Virus record (IMG/VR): IMGVR_UViG_3300045303_000182
Coordinates: 32,001-96,000 of that record
Strand: one strand, 5' to 3'
Length of the DNA: 64,000 bases
DNA from: a virus
In this document: piece by piece, positions 18,118-28,900 of the stretch
How positions within the stretch are numbered: position 1 is the stretch's first letter
How the letters are laid out: the number at the start of each line of letters is the position of its first letter
The notes under the pieces: model-generated
Databases searched by the model: none
What the model saw: the letters and a program-made list of their open reading frames with translations, nothing else
Told to the model about the DNA's origin: nothing
Program-made: the position numbers and the translations under genes

Positions 18118-18723
18118 TCAGCGCAGCGCTTGTGCAGAGTGCCGCAGGTTGGCCGCGTCCTGTGCTCCGTGGAACACGTCGAAGCCTTCGTGGTGGACCT
18201 GCATCTGATGCACCAGCACGGCGTTCTCCATCGCGCTCAGGTTGTTGAAGCCGATGCTGGCGGTCCAGCAGTTGTAGAAGGCGAACGCGAGGATCGCCCC
18301 CGAGGTGTCACCGGTCGAACCGGAGGCCGGTCCGTCGGTGACAGGGTGGTCGAGAACGCGGACCGCCATGTCATAGCGGAACTCCTCCCCGAGGCCGATG
18401 GTGCCAGCGCCCCACTGGACGCTGAACATCTGCTTGGCGAGGTTCCACATACCGGGCTTGGTGTAGAACACGCCGGCCGAGCAGGTGAGCGGAGCAAAGT
18501 CCGTCTGCCCCGGCAGCTTGTGCGGGTTGGTGTTCCAGCCGCCTTCGCGGTACTGGACCATGTCGGTGTTCATGGCGATGCCCTCGACCACCATGAACCC
18601 CATCTCAGCGATCTGCCGAGAGAGGGTGGCGTCCGAGTGGAACATCTGAACTTGGAACTTGAAGTTCCTGACGGGGTCGGCCCGAAGCCGGGTCCGATCC
18701 GCCAGGGATGGTGCGCTTGGCAT
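18118..18723 (-). CDS. Tail tube protein (T4 gp19-like)
   Basis: DPVRNFKF, YREGG..HKLPGQTDF, YNCW, VHHEGF. Confidence 0.93.
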   Translation of the reverse strand: MPSAPSLADRTRLRADPVRNFKFQVQMFHSDATLSRQIAEMGFMVVEGIAMNTDMVQYREGGWNTNPHKLPGQTDFAPLTCSAGVFYTKPGMWNLAKQMFSVQWGAGTIGLGEEFRYDMAVRVLDHPVTDGPASGSTGDTSGAILAFAFYNCWTASIGFNNLSAMENAVLVHQMQVHHEGFDVFHGAQDAANLRHSAQALR

Positions 18724-18739
18724 GTGTTACTCCTCTGGC

Positions 18740-20620
18740 CTATGCGACCGGCTGGACTTCGGTCGTGAAGGAGCCACGATCGAACTGGGTGATCTTGATG
18801 ACGACGAACTCAGCGGGGTACTCCAACGCCACGCCGATCTCCATGCGGACTTCGCCCGACTGGATGACGGCTGGGGTGTTGATCGTGTCGTCGCAGGTGA
18901 TGTAGTACGCCTGAGCGGTGTTGGCACCGCGCAGCCCCCCTGCTTCCCACAGAGGCCGCAGGATGCGTTCTGCGGACATCCGCAGGGCACTCCACAGCCG
19001 CTGATCGTTGTTCTCGAAGACGGCGAACTGGGTCGAGCGCTTCACCACCTCCTTGATGTAGATGAGCGTCCGACGAGCGGAGACGTAGCGGTCAGCGCCG
19101 TACGTCTTGCGGGTGCGGCCACCCATCACGCAGATCCCCGAGCCGACCACGGAGCGGACGACGTTGATGTTCTGCGAGTTGAGATCACCGAGCTCAGTGT
19201 CGGTGAACTTCGTCTGCACGCCCACGGCGTTGCTGAGTCCTGCGATCACACCAGCGGGCGCGCGGAACACGCCGACGGTGGCATCGACGCGCGCCATCAT
19301 CCCGGCGACCGCCCCGCCCGGAGGCACGTTGATCGTGGTCCCGACCCGAGCCGGGTTGGGGATGATCAGCCAGGGGCCGTAGGAAGCCGAGTAGCTGTCG
19401 CCCGTGTTGGCCCCGAGCGACGTGACGATCTGCGTCTTGTAGACCGACGACGACGTGCCGGGGTTCCGCGGAGGAGCCGAGTCGTTGATGATGAAGATGT
19501 CCTGCCGGTCCGAGAAGAAGGTCGAGGGGATGGTCGCACCCACCCACGACGAGGCGAACTCGGAGGTGTCGGCCTTCGATGCGTCAGCGAGGTAGCCGCA
19601 GATGTTGAGGGCGATCGGACCCTCCACCTTGGTGATCATCTCGGCGGCGTCCTGGAGGTCACCAGCGTCAGGGATCGACGGATCGATACCACCGGCCAGG
19701 ACCACAGGGTCGTCGGTCGCCATCGGCCGCGGCTGCTGCTCGTTGATGCCCGACACCGAGAGGTACAGCGAGCCTGAGGCCGAGTCGTTGATCACCGTGT
19801 CGATGCGCCGCGTGCCTGGGATCTCGCCCTTGATCGACAGCGACGGGAACGTCTCCACGACCTCGTCGTTGCCTTCGCTGTTGCGGATCAGCACTTGCAG
19901 GGCGAACACGTCCTCGGCCGTCGCGCCGGCACCGACAGTGCTCTGCGTGGTGAGGCCGTACTTGAGGCCGTTGCCCCACACGCCGGGAGAGCGAGCCTTC
20001 AGCGTGAAGCTGGTGAGGTTGCCCGACCCAGTGTTCTGGCCGTTGACAGCGATGGTCGAGGCGGTGCCCTTCTCAGGGGCCGCGGTCGGCGTGGCTCGGA
20101 TCACCCAGCACAGCCGCCCACCGTTCTGGAAGTACGAGTAGACGCTGAACGGAAGGTACGAGAGCACCTTGGGCGTGACCGGGATGGCTGCCGGCGTGCC
20201 GGGGAAGGCACCGGCCACCCACACACCCGCAGGGGAGTGCGGCGTGAAGTGGGCCTTGGATCCATCAGCGAGCTTGACGTACTGACCCGCCGTGAAAGCA
20301 GCACCGCCGAATGGCGTCTGGTACTTGCCGTCACCGTAGGTGGCATGGGCCTTGATGGCGGTGAGGTCAGCGGGGACCGGCGTCGTGACACGGCCGGTCA
20401 CATCGTTGGGATCAGCCAGCGCAGGCTGCGAGATCGGGTTGAGGCCACCGAAGACGGTGACATAGTCACTCCAGGACTCAACGAGGATCGGCTCGTTCAC
20501 CGGCCCCTTCTCGGCAGCCCCGACGAAGGCACCCACGGTGTAGGTGCCCGCCACGTCGGACGGGTTGACGAGTAGTGACTCCTCGAGGTAGACGCCTGGA
20601 CGGCGGTAGTACATGGGCAT
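18740..20620 (-). CDS. Contractile tail sheath protein
   Basis: RPGVYLEE, YFQNGG, PPGGAVAGMMAR, VFRAPAG, FENND, PAEFVVI. Confidence 0.95.
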   Translation of the reverse strand: MPMYYRRPGVYLEESLLVNPSDVAGTYTVGAFVGAAEKGPVNEPILVESWSDYVTVFGGLNPISQPALADPNDVTGRVTTPVPADLTAIKAHATYGDGKYQTPFGGAAFTAGQYVKLADGSKAHFTPHSPAGVWVAGAFPGTPAAIPVTPKVLSYLPFSVYSYFQNGGRLCWVIRATPTAAPEKGTASTIAVNGQNTGSGNLTSFTLKARSPGVWGNGLKYGLTTQSTVGAGATAEDVFALQVLIRNSEGNDEVVETFPSLSIKGEIPGTRRIDTVINDSASGSLYLSVSGINEQQPRPMATDDPVVLAGGIDPSIPDAGDLQDAAEMITKVEGPIALNICGYLADASKADTSEFASSWVGATIPSTFFSDRQDIFIINDSAPPRNPGTSSSVYKTQIVTSLGANTGDSYSASYGPWLIIPNPARVGTTINVPPGGAVAGMMARVDATVGVFRAPAGVIAGLSNAVGVQTKFTDTELGDLNSQNINVVRSVVGSGICVMGGRTRKTYGADRYVSARRTLIYIKEVVKRSTQFAVFENNDQRLWSALRMSAERILRPLWEAGGLRGANTAQAYYITCDDTINTPAVIQSGEVRMEIGVALEYPAEFVVIKITQFDRGSFTTEVQPVA

Positions 20621-20695
20621 AGTCGCTCCTGACGGAAGGTTGCTAGTTGGTGGATCCGATTAGTGCGACGACTGGTTGTACGAGCCTGATGGCGG

Positions 20696-21424
20696 TCACG
20701 GTTGAGGTGTCAGAACCTCTTGCCCTTCGTGGTCAATCTCGAAGAGCTTCTCCAGGCCATCTCGCGTGTAGGCGTCGAGGTGGACCCGGAAGACCTTGTA
20801 GAAGCTGGCGTCGAGGAACCGCGTCTGCGGCACCTCGGCAAGCAGTGAGACGGTGTACACCTTGCGGAAGATCCGCTTGGTGCCCGATTCCGATGTCTCG
20901 GACTGGTCGGTGTTGGCGTAACCGATGAGCTCAGTGCGCCGCCATGTCTGATCAGCGTCGCAGGCGATCCAGAAGGGTCGCTGGGGGAACACATCAGTGG
21001 CGAAGATCGACCGGAGGTAGCGGTCGTGGAGGTTGTGCCGCGCGAAGACGCTCACCTGATACACCAGCCGGAACGGGAGGTAGTTCAGGATCTGGTAGTC
21101 CTGCAGCGCCCAGCCATGCTCAGGCGGCGGCAACGTGGGCGAGACGCTCGGCCGGTACAGGCCCTGAGTGTTCTCGAGGTGGTTGCTGTGGAACAACTCG
21201 TAGGCAGGCTCGGCCGTGATGGCGTCGATCGTGATGAAGGGGTACTTCAACTGGCGCTCGGACTGCGGCCAGCGGAACCAGACGCCCACCTTCTCCCACG
21301 TCGAGTCGGGATCACGCCCTGGTACCTCGATACCAGTGAGGTAACTCTTGAGCGCCTCGTCCTCGGCCAGCAGGAACCCGACGTGTTCGTGGATGTCAGG
21401 CTGGTCGCGCAGCGGGCGTATCAC
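20696..21424 (-). CDS. Tail terminator/completion protein
   Basis: Immediately upstream of sheath; EDEALK..VWF..YPFITID..YQVS. Confidence 0.7.
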   Translation of the reverse strand: MIRPLRDQPDIHEHVGFLLAEDEALKSYLTGIEVPGRDPDSTWEKVGVWFRWPQSERQLKYPFITIDAITAEPAYELFHSNHLENTQGLYRPSVSPTLPPPEHGWALQDYQILNYLPFRLVYQVSVFARHNLHDRYLRSIFATDVFPQRPFWIACDADQTWRRTELIGYANTDQSETSESGTKRIFRKVYTVSLLAEVPQTRFLDASFYKVFRVHLDAYTRDGLEKLFEIDHEGQEVLTPQP

Positions 21425-21810
21425 AGCGGCTTCCCGACGATCCCGGACCCGTAGATGTAGCCGTGGGCTTCCATCTCGTCCTTCCAGCGCTTGTTCGCTT
21501 CGCGCACATCCTCTGAGAGGGAGCGGAACAGCGCCGAGGGAGGACGCACCTCGTCGCCGTACTCCAGGGCCATCGCCTCGGAGACGCGGTCCTGGTTGTT
21601 GACACCGAGGAACATGTAGCCGTCCTGCGACCAGACCGTGATGTCGTCAGCGAGGTCGGACCATTCGGGCGTCTCACGCGCACGCTCCACGACCCGGTCG
21701 TGGAGGAAGGAGACAGCAGAGGATGCGGCGGCTTCAGTGTCGGCCTGGAGCTTGTCCATGTAGCGAGACAAGCTCGCGAACCACTCCGCGCTGATGCTGA
21801 TCTGCGCCAT
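21421..21810 (-). CDS. Neck/tail completion protein (HK97 gp10-like)
   Basis: LEYGDEVRPPSALFR motif and position. Confidence 0.6.
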   Translation of the reverse strand: MAQISISAEWFASLSRYMDKLQADTEAAASSAVSFLHDRVVERARETPEWSDLADDITVWSQDGYMFLGVNNQDRVSEAMALEYGDEVRPPSALFRSLSEDVREANKRWKDEMEAHGYIYGSGIVGKPL

Positions 21811-21868
21811 GGACTCCTCGATGCTGTGCTATGGAGGTCATACCCGCTTGGTATGGCCTGGCCGGAGC

Positions 21869-22123
21869 CTAGCTCAGCACGTCGAGCGCAGCGAGTAATC
21901 GCATCACCGCGTCCACCTGATCCCCTCGCAGCGTGATCACCAGATCAGCGTGGCCCTCAGCGTCCTCACCCATCGCCCGCGTCCAGGAGTCGGGACGGAC
22001 CTCGTTGGCAACTTGACGGACGAACTCGACACCCGACTGCATGAGTGCCAACTGGCCGGTGAGGTTGGCGACATCGACACTGATCCGACGTATGGCCCCA
22101 AGGGCAACTGTGCTCTCCATCAC
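21869..22123 (-). CDS. Hypothetical protein
   Basis: 84 aa, coupled to the upstream ORF. Confidence 0.55.
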   Translation of the reverse strand: MMESTVALGAIRRISVDVANLTGQLALMQSGVEFVRQVANEVRPDSWTRAMGEDAEGHADLVITLRGDQVDAVMRLLAALDVLS

Positions 22124-23013
22124 CAGTAACTATTGCCGGCGTAGTTGCGGTCCACGTAGTACACGCTCACGTCGTAGTACTCCGTGCCGTCACACCACAT
22201 GTCCTCGCACCAGAGCATGTAGGTACCGTTGCCGGTCGTGCTCCAGCCAGAGCCTCGAGCTACGAAGCCGCAGGCTTGGCCGTTGCCCCACTCGTAGAGA
22301 GGGAAGTCCCACCAGGCATAGCTGCTGCCGCTGAGAATGGTATGGCCGATGTGGTCGTTGAGCGGACCCCGATCGACGGTCTGAGTGATCAGGTTGACCG
22401 TGCGCTGGTTGTAGGGGGTGACGACGCTCGACTGCGGCGTGGTCATGTTGCGCCAGTGCAAGCCGGTGAGGATGACGCTGCCTGGCACGCCGACCCAGAA
22501 CGGATCGTCCCTGTTGCGCGCGCTGCTGATGTGCTCCGAGCTCCAAGGACGCGACTGCTGCACGGTGCCGTAGTGCCCAAGCTCGGTATGGCCGATCTGC
22601 ACACGCACCGGACCGCACCAGCCACTCTCCAGACCAGCAGCGCTGACGGACTGCACGAAGAACTGGTAGCGCCCGTCCTGGCCGACGCCGAAGTTGCCCC
22701 ACGGTGAGCCACCGACGTTGACCGAGTTGAGCCAGTTGCCGTTGGCGTCGGTCTGAACGAGCCGGTAGTACGCGACAGGAGCGCCACCGGCCGGTGGGCC
22801 AGTGAAGCCGATCGCCACGTTGTTGAAGTCCCAAGCGTGGACCCAAATGCTCTGCGGTGCGAGGGGGAAGCCGCGGTAGCCCGAGTCCTGCCAAGCGCCG
22901 TTGACCTTCTCGTAGATGTAGCTGGCTGTCTGCCATGCCCCGCCCCACCTGATCTTGATCTGACCGTTGTTGCCGGCGCGCCAAGCTCCACCAGACTTGA
23001 TGTAGACGGTCAT
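22120..23013 (-). CDS. Fibre-associated protein with FN3-like domain
   Basis: N-terminal VYIKSGGAW..YEKVNGAW; GGAPVAYY..YQFFVQSVSAAGLES. Confidence 0.65.
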   Translation of the reverse strand: MTVYIKSGGAWRAGNNGQIKIRWGGAWQTASYIYEKVNGAWQDSGYRGFPLAPQSIWVHAWDFNNVAIGFTGPPAGGAPVAYYRLVQTDANGNWLNSVNVGGSPWGNFGVGQDGRYQFFVQSVSAAGLESGWCGPVRVQIGHTELGHYGTVQQSRPWSSEHISSARNRDDPFWVGVPGSVILTGLHWRNMTTPQSSVVTPYNQRTVNLITQTVDRGPLNDHIGHTILSGSSYAWWDFPLYEWGNGQACGFVARGSGWSTTGNGTYMLWCEDMWCDGTEYYDVSVYYVDRNYAGNSYW

Positions 23014-23942
23014 TGGATCATGATCGATCCCTCAGGACAGTTGCCCACGCCAGGGTCGCCCCAAAAGTGCGGAGCGAAGTAGCCAGTGTGAGCACCGTCG
23101 TAGCGGATGTACTGGATGGGGTTGGTGAAGATCCGAGCCTGGGTGTTCGCCAGGATGTCGAGGACTCCACCGCCACCGATGTTGATGCCACCAGTCGTGG
23201 TCTGCACATAGGGACCAGTGCGGTTGACGTGACGCATGATGGCGCTGCCGCTGTCGCCATAGAACGAACCGCTCTGCGAGTCGAACCCGGCCGAGGCCGT
23301 GGCCTTGTTGCCAGAGTGGGCGACACCGCCGATCGTGCCGCTGGTCCCGTTGATCACACCGCCCGTGAGCGTGCCCGACATCGTGATGTTCGGAGCCGTC
23401 AGGGTGCCGCTCATCGAGATGCTGCCCGCCGAGACTGTGCCGGTGGTGACGAAGCCTGCCGCTGATATCGGGATATCGGAGACGAGGTTGGCGGCGTCGG
23501 TGGTGAGCTTGGCCGCTCTGGCACCGGTCTTGATCGAGACCCCGGTGCCGTCCACGGTGAGCACGCCGCCCATCACCAGGATCGGGTTGTCGAGCACCGT
23601 CTGCGTCGGCTGGAACGTGATGCCCTTGCCGCCAGCGTTCTTGTGCGAGATGGCGACACCGGCAGCGGTGTCCTGCAACGAGACGAGGTTCACCCACTGC
23701 GGGATCTGCACCCAGGTGTTCTGCGTCTTGGAGAACGCCTCCAGCCTGTCGCTCGCCTCGTTGTAGGTCGTCATCCCGAACTTCGGGTTCGGGTACTGCG
23801 TCTGACGCGATGCAGTCGTAGCGAAGCGCAGGACCGCGCGCTCCATGATCCACTCGGCGTCGATCTCACGCCAGTAGTTGGAGTAGTCCACCCAGTCGGC
23901 CTTGCCATACCCACCAGCCGGAAGCGGTTCGATGATCGTCAT
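23010..23942 (-). CDS. Fibre protein (Gly/Ser/Thr beta-rich)
   Basis: VLRFATTASR..PKFGMTTY; repeated ISMSGTLT/ITMSGTLT. Confidence 0.6.
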   Translation of the reverse strand: MTIIEPLPAGGYGKADWVDYSNYWREIDAEWIMERAVLRFATTASRQTQYPNPKFGMTTYNEASDRLEAFSKTQNTWVQIPQWVNLVSLQDTAAGVAISHKNAGGKGITFQPTQTVLDNPILVMGGVLTVDGTGVSIKTGARAAKLTTDAANLVSDIPISAAGFVTTGTVSAGSISMSGTLTAPNITMSGTLTGGVINGTSGTIGGVAHSGNKATASAGFDSQSGSFYGDSGSAIMRHVNRTGPYVQTTTGGINIGGGGVLDILANTQARIFTNPIQYIRYDGAHTGYFAPHFWGDPGVGNCPEGSIMIQ

Positions 23943-24463
23943 GGTGTCACCACCTCAGGTGCGGTCCCCGGAGGGAAGTCGAAGTTCATGTCGTCGTCAG
24001 GGAAGCTCTCGATGGCGGTGATGCCGATGATCACGTCCTCGCCCTTGGCGCGGCCGCGGATCTGGTAGGCGCTGATCTCCCAGTAGCGGCCGTCGTAGTA
24101 ACACATGTCGTGCAGCCGGTCCCGCCGCCAGATCTCGCTGGGGCTGGTGTCGTAGACCCGGTTGCCGTGCGTCTCGGTGACGGAGAAGCCAGCCTCGTAC
24201 ATGTTCTTGGCCGAGACGGCGAGGCGCAGACGCTGCGTGGGCCGACGACCCTCAGGGGCGTAGTCCTCGGTGGCCTCCTGCTGATCGACCCACAGGATGG
24301 GGATGACCTTGCCCTTGTGGTACTGGCGGTAGCCCTCGTCGTAAACCCGGTCGTACCTCGAGGCGTCAGCGTCGAAGCGGAAGTAGATCAGCCCCTCACC
24401 GATGGTGCCGTAGTGGCGATCGAAGTGCTTCCAGATCTGGCGAACCTCACGGCGTGTGTCCAT
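23939..24463 (-). CDS. Head-tail stopper/closure protein
   Basis: IGEGLIYFRFD..YDRVYDEG..DMCYYDGRYWEI; follows the adaptor. Confidence 0.65.
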   Translation of the reverse strand: MDTRREVRQIWKHFDRHYGTIGEGLIYFRFDADASRYDRVYDEGYRQYHKGKVIPILWVDQQEATEDYAPEGRRPTQRLRLAVSAKNMYEAGFSVTETHGNRVYDTSPSEIWRRDRLHDMCYYDGRYWEISAYQIRGRAKGEDVIIGITAIESFPDDDMNFDFPPGTAPEVVTP

Positions 24464-24641
24464 CGGACACCCCTTGCCGATCGAGGAGCTCCGGGGCCAT
24501 CTGCATCTTCATCTCGACCTCGCGCTCCTCGGTGAGCGCCCCGCACTCTCCGCACCGCGTCACGTTGGTGTCCTCGTCCCACATGACGTTGGCGTCCTTG
24601 CCCTTGCACCACCCGGTGTGCTCGGTGTGCTGCTCCTTCAT
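24447..24641 (-). CDS. Small putative Zn-ribbon protein
   Basis: HTGWC...CGECG. Confidence 0.5.
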   Translation of the reverse strand: MKEQHTEHTGWCKGKDANVMWDEDTNVTRCGECGALTEEREVEMKMQMAPELLDRQGVSDGHTP

Positions 24642-25486
24642 CACGGCACCCCGAGCCAGCCAGGACCGACGGCCGGGTAGCCAGCGCCTGTGCTGCGGCG
24701 AGCGGATGAGCGGTCGTAGATCTCAACGCCATCGATCACTTCGACCGTGCCGTCATCGACCACGCCCATCGTGTAGTCGGGGATGGGCGGGTACAGCCGC
24801 TTGGGCCAGCGCGGATCATCGATCTCACGGTTCTGGTACATCGGCACGTAGCGACCTGTGGTGAGGGCGACGCGGCGCAGCTTGAAGACCTCCAGAGCGC
24901 CGTAGCCGAGGTTCAACGACTGAGCGCGCGTCTGGTACTCGTTCTCCCAGTACTGCATCATCTGCAGCACCTGGGCGTAGCGCTGGTGGGCCGGGATGAA
25001 CATGCCCTCGGGCGTTGACACATCGATGTCGAGCGCTAGCTCGATGCACAGCGACCACAGCAGACGGACGACCGCACCCATCTGAGCAACCTCGGACACA
25101 GCAGGATCGACCTCGCTGAGGTCTTGCCCCGGCGTGGTGTAGAGCACCTCGTCCGAGATGTTCTGGACCGCTCGAGCAACGTCGGAGTCTGAGAACCAGA
25201 TGTAGTGATATCCGGCTACCAGCACCCTCTGACCGATATATGACTCATCGGTCAGCTTGAGGATCCCGTTCCGTTCATCAAGCTGCCACTTGTCGGTGAG
25301 CGCCGGCGTAGTCGGGTCGGCGTCCGGGGTGACGTAGACCTGCAGCGAGCCAGGCGAGACGAGCGGGTGCGGGAGCCGGATCGTCAAGACCTGGACCGGC
25401 CCCTCCTCCACTTCGAAGTACTGCGGGAAGTCGCGGACCAGGGACCGGACCCCACTCGCCATCTCGACATCGACCGCTGTAGCCAT
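24641..25486 (-). CDS. Head-tail adaptor
   Basis: YIWFSDSD, DIDVSTPEGMFIPAHQRY, LRRVA; leaderless TAAGGT-6nt-ATG. Confidence 0.7.
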   Translation of the reverse strand: MATAVDVEMASGVRSLVRDFPQYFEVEEGPVQVLTIRLPHPLVSPGSLQVYVTPDADPTTPALTDKWQLDERNGILKLTDESYIGQRVLVAGYHYIWFSDSDVARAVQNISDEVLYTTPGQDLSEVDPAVSEVAQMGAVVRLLWSLCIELALDIDVSTPEGMFIPAHQRYAQVLQMMQYWENEYQTRAQSLNLGYGALEVFKLRRVALTTGRYVPMYQNREIDDPRWPKRLYPPIPDYTMGVVDDGTVEVIDGVEIYDRSSARRSTGAGYPAVGPGWLGVP

Positions 25487-25495
25487 GCCTCAACC

Positions 25496-25924
25496 TTACG
25501 CTGGGAGCCGCATCCACACCCCGATGGTGGGCGGCTTGTCGTCGGGCGGGACCGCCGGGAGCACAGGCCGGATGATCAGGGTGCCGGTGCGCGCGATGGT
25601 GATCGGAGAGTCATCGGCGTTGGTGTCGATGAAGGCCAGCACGTTGGGGTTGCCGTTGCCCACGTCCTGGGCCACCACGACCTGATACGGAGTGGCAGCA
25701 GACACCTTCTGGAAGGCGACCGGAAGACCCATCGCCTGCCCGTCTTCGAAGTACCGACCCATGATGGGCTGGACGCCACCGCGCTCGCCACCGAGGTCGG
25801 CCACCGTCTTGGCGACGGGGTCGAATGAGACATTGGTGCAGAGCAGAGCAAGGATCGAGTCGTACTGCCAGGTGAGCTTGCCCTGAGCGAAGAGCGCTGC
25901 GACCTGTTCGTAGTTCTGGTTCAT
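25496..25924 (-). CDS. Virion structural protein (hypothetical)
   Basis: 142 aa from MNQNYEQ within the fibre cluster. Confidence 0.55.
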   Translation of the reverse strand: MNQNYEQVAALFAQGKLTWQYDSILALLCTNVSFDPVAKTVADLGGERGGVQPIMGRYFEDGQAMGLPVAFQKVSAATPYQVVVAQDVGNGNPNVLAFIDTNADDSPITIARTGTLIIRPVLPAVPPDDKPPTIGVWMRLPA

Positions 25925-25944
25925 AGCTGGGTATCCCTTCCGAT

Positions 25945-28900
25945 CTACACAAGTTCCCACACCAGTTCGTCACCGCAGTACACCCGATCGACGGCCTCGT
26001 CTCCGAGGAATAGTACGTCAGCCTCGTTGAGCGTGGTCCCACGACCGGCAGCGACAGCGAACGCCCGCGCATCCCAGGTGTCCCAGCCCCCGTAGGCGAG
26101 AGCGAAGTGCTCGACGGTTCCGGTGGCGCTGAAGGTCGCCGCGTAGACCGTGAGGATCGACGCCTGGCGCTCGATGGTCGCCAGCGCCGTGGCGGTCCAG
26201 GTGCCCCAGTCCGCAGTGATGAGGCCGGGAACAGCGACGGAGACTTCCGCTGTAGCGATCCACCGGCCCCAGTTGGTGGTGATGGAAGCAGGGTGGTTGA
26301 TGTAGACGACACCGACGGCAGTAGCGCTCCACGCCCCCCAGTTGGTGCTGATCGACGCCGAGGTGGTGATGCCGTGCGCGTCGCCAACAGCGGTCGCCGT
26401 CCACGTCCCCCAGTCCGACGTGATCGTGGCAGCGGTTGCGCGCGTCGCGCTCGCCGTTGCCGTCCAGGCCCATGTCGTCGTGATCGACGCTGGGTGCTCA
26501 ACGGTGGCGCTCGACCCCAGGAACGTCGTGCCCCAGTTGGTGGTGGCAGACGCTGCTACCAGAGGGATGGCTACCGCAGTGGCGTCCCACAGCCCCCAGT
26601 TCGTCGTGATCGTGGCGTCGATCTCCTCGGCCACGACCTGCGCTGTAGCAACGGCCTGCCAGGTGCCCCACGATGTCTCGACGCTGGCGTAGACGGTGTG
26701 AATGGCCTCGGCGCTGGCCGTCCAGGTGCCCCACGACGTGGTGATGCTGGCGTTGCGCTGGATCGGCTGGGCCGTGGCTGTCGCTGTCCAGGTGCCCCAG
26801 TCGCTGACGCTCGTCGCTGGGTGCTCGACCTCGGCCGTGGCTGCCGCCGCCCACGCCCAAACCGTGTCAACGGTCCCATAGTGGGATATCGGCAAGGCGA
26901 CCGCGATCGCGGTCCAGCCTCCCCAGTTGGTGGTGATGAACCCAACCGCCTGGCCCTCTTGGGTGCCGATCGCTGTGGCGCTCCAAGCACCCCAGTTGGT
27001 GGAGATCGAGGCGATGTGCGCGATCGGGTCAGCGATCGCTGTCGCAGCCCACGTACCCCAAAGCGATGTGATAGTGGACGTGTGGCCGACGAGCGCCGTA
27101 GCGGTCGCTGCCCATCCACCCCACAGCGTGTCGATCGACGCCGAATCCTCGACAACGGCTACCGCTGTCGCCGCCCACGTTCCCCAATCGGCCGTACTCG
27201 AGGCTGCGGTCGTTCGGACCGCCGTCGCTGTTGCTGCCCACGACCAGACCTCTGTGGCAGTGGCTGAACGCTCGACAACAGCAATCGCCGTCGTCGTCCA
27301 CCCTCCCCACGGAGAATCAGAGGTAGCACTGGTCTCGCGGACAGCGACGGCATCGGCAACCCAGCCGCCCCAGTTGCTGATGGCCGTGCCGGAAATGACC
27401 GGGAACGCTTCGGCCGTACCGAGCCACCCACCCCAGTAGCTGACGATGGTGGCGGGATGCTCGACCTCAGCAGTCGCTGGCCCGGTCCACCCACCCCAGT
27501 TGGTGGCGACCGATGCGTTGCGCTGGATCGGATCAGCAGTCGCAGTAGCGGTCCAGGTGCCCCACGACGTGACGCTCGTCGCGATGTGCTCCGATATGGC
27601 AGCGGCAGTAGCGGTCCAGGCGTCCCATACCGATGTGACAGTGGCCGGGTGATCAGGAGCCGCGACAGCCGTTGCTGTCCAGGTGCCCCAAGAAGAAGAA
27701 ATGGCACCATCGGTCGATCGAACACTGGTTGCGGTGGCCGTCCATGTGCCCCAACTCGAGGCAGCGTTGGCCGGGTGACTGACCGTGGCAGTGGCGATCC
27801 AGAAGTCACCCCCGCCTGCCGGAACTCCTGCGCCGAGGTACTTGGCCCGCAGGTGATCCTCGACGCTCTTGCGCTGGGCACCCGACAACCGACGGTCGTA
27901 AAGGCACACCTCGGCCACTTCGGCGTCGCACGTCTCCGCAGTGCTCATGTCGTAGCCACTGATGGCGAACGTGTCCGACCAACCGGCAGAGGTCGCCGCC
28001 GTACCGAGGAGCAACCCGTCACCGAAGAAGCGGGTCAGTCCAGTGATCCCGTCAGCCGAGTACATCTTCCATGCGCCCGTCATGGGTGTCTGTGTGTTCG
28101 GGTTGGTGAACCCGGCGTCGTAACACACATCCTCAAAGCCGTTCCAGTACCCGACGAGAAGGTTGGCTGGTGGGTAGATGCCGCTGATGACGCGGCCGAT
28201 CGCACCGCCAGGGATGATCCGCCCGACGTAGACCAGCGTCCAGTCGATGTTGACGCCCGTCCCGCTGCTCATGCGGATCCGGCCCTCGTTGATCTTGAAG
28301 CGCACGCTCGACAGGCCGTTGAGGGTGTTGCCCTGGACAACAGGCTCCGGGGTGCCGATCACCGGGATATCGACGGCACTGCCCTGGTTGGACCACGATG
28401 TGAGCGGCCCGAGTGGAAGCGCGTTGGCTTCTAGCCAGACAGTCAGGCCCGGTATGTCACTGGGAGAGAACGATGGCGCAACGGCGTTCCACACCGTGGT
28501 AACCGACGCCGGGTGCTCGACCCCGGCTGTTGCCGTCGCGACCCAGGCACCCCAGTTGGTGAGGATGACGCTGGAGAGCTCCGGCGTCGCCATCGCTGTC
28601 GCCGTCCAACCTCCCCATGACGTAGCGATCGATGCTGGTGTCGCGCGAACGGCTGTGACAGTGGATGCCCAGGTTCCCCACGACGAGACAGCAGAGGCTG
28701 GGTGCTCGACGGATGCGCTCGCTGTAGCCGACCAGCCGCCCCAGTTCGATGTGATAGTGGCAGGCCAAATGGAAGAGGCTGTCCCCGTCGCTGTTGCTAC
28801 CCATGTGCCCCAGGAGGTAAGTGCTGTAGCCGGGTGCTCCAACGTCGCCGTCGCTGTTGCCGCCCAGGTGCCCCACGACTGAGCGGAGGTCGCTGCAGTA

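Noticed and set aside
4480-21424. Extracellular contractile injection system, tailocin or T6SS
   Set aside because: Sheath, tube and baseplate genes are contiguous with capsid, scaffold, portal and terminase, so this is a phage tail
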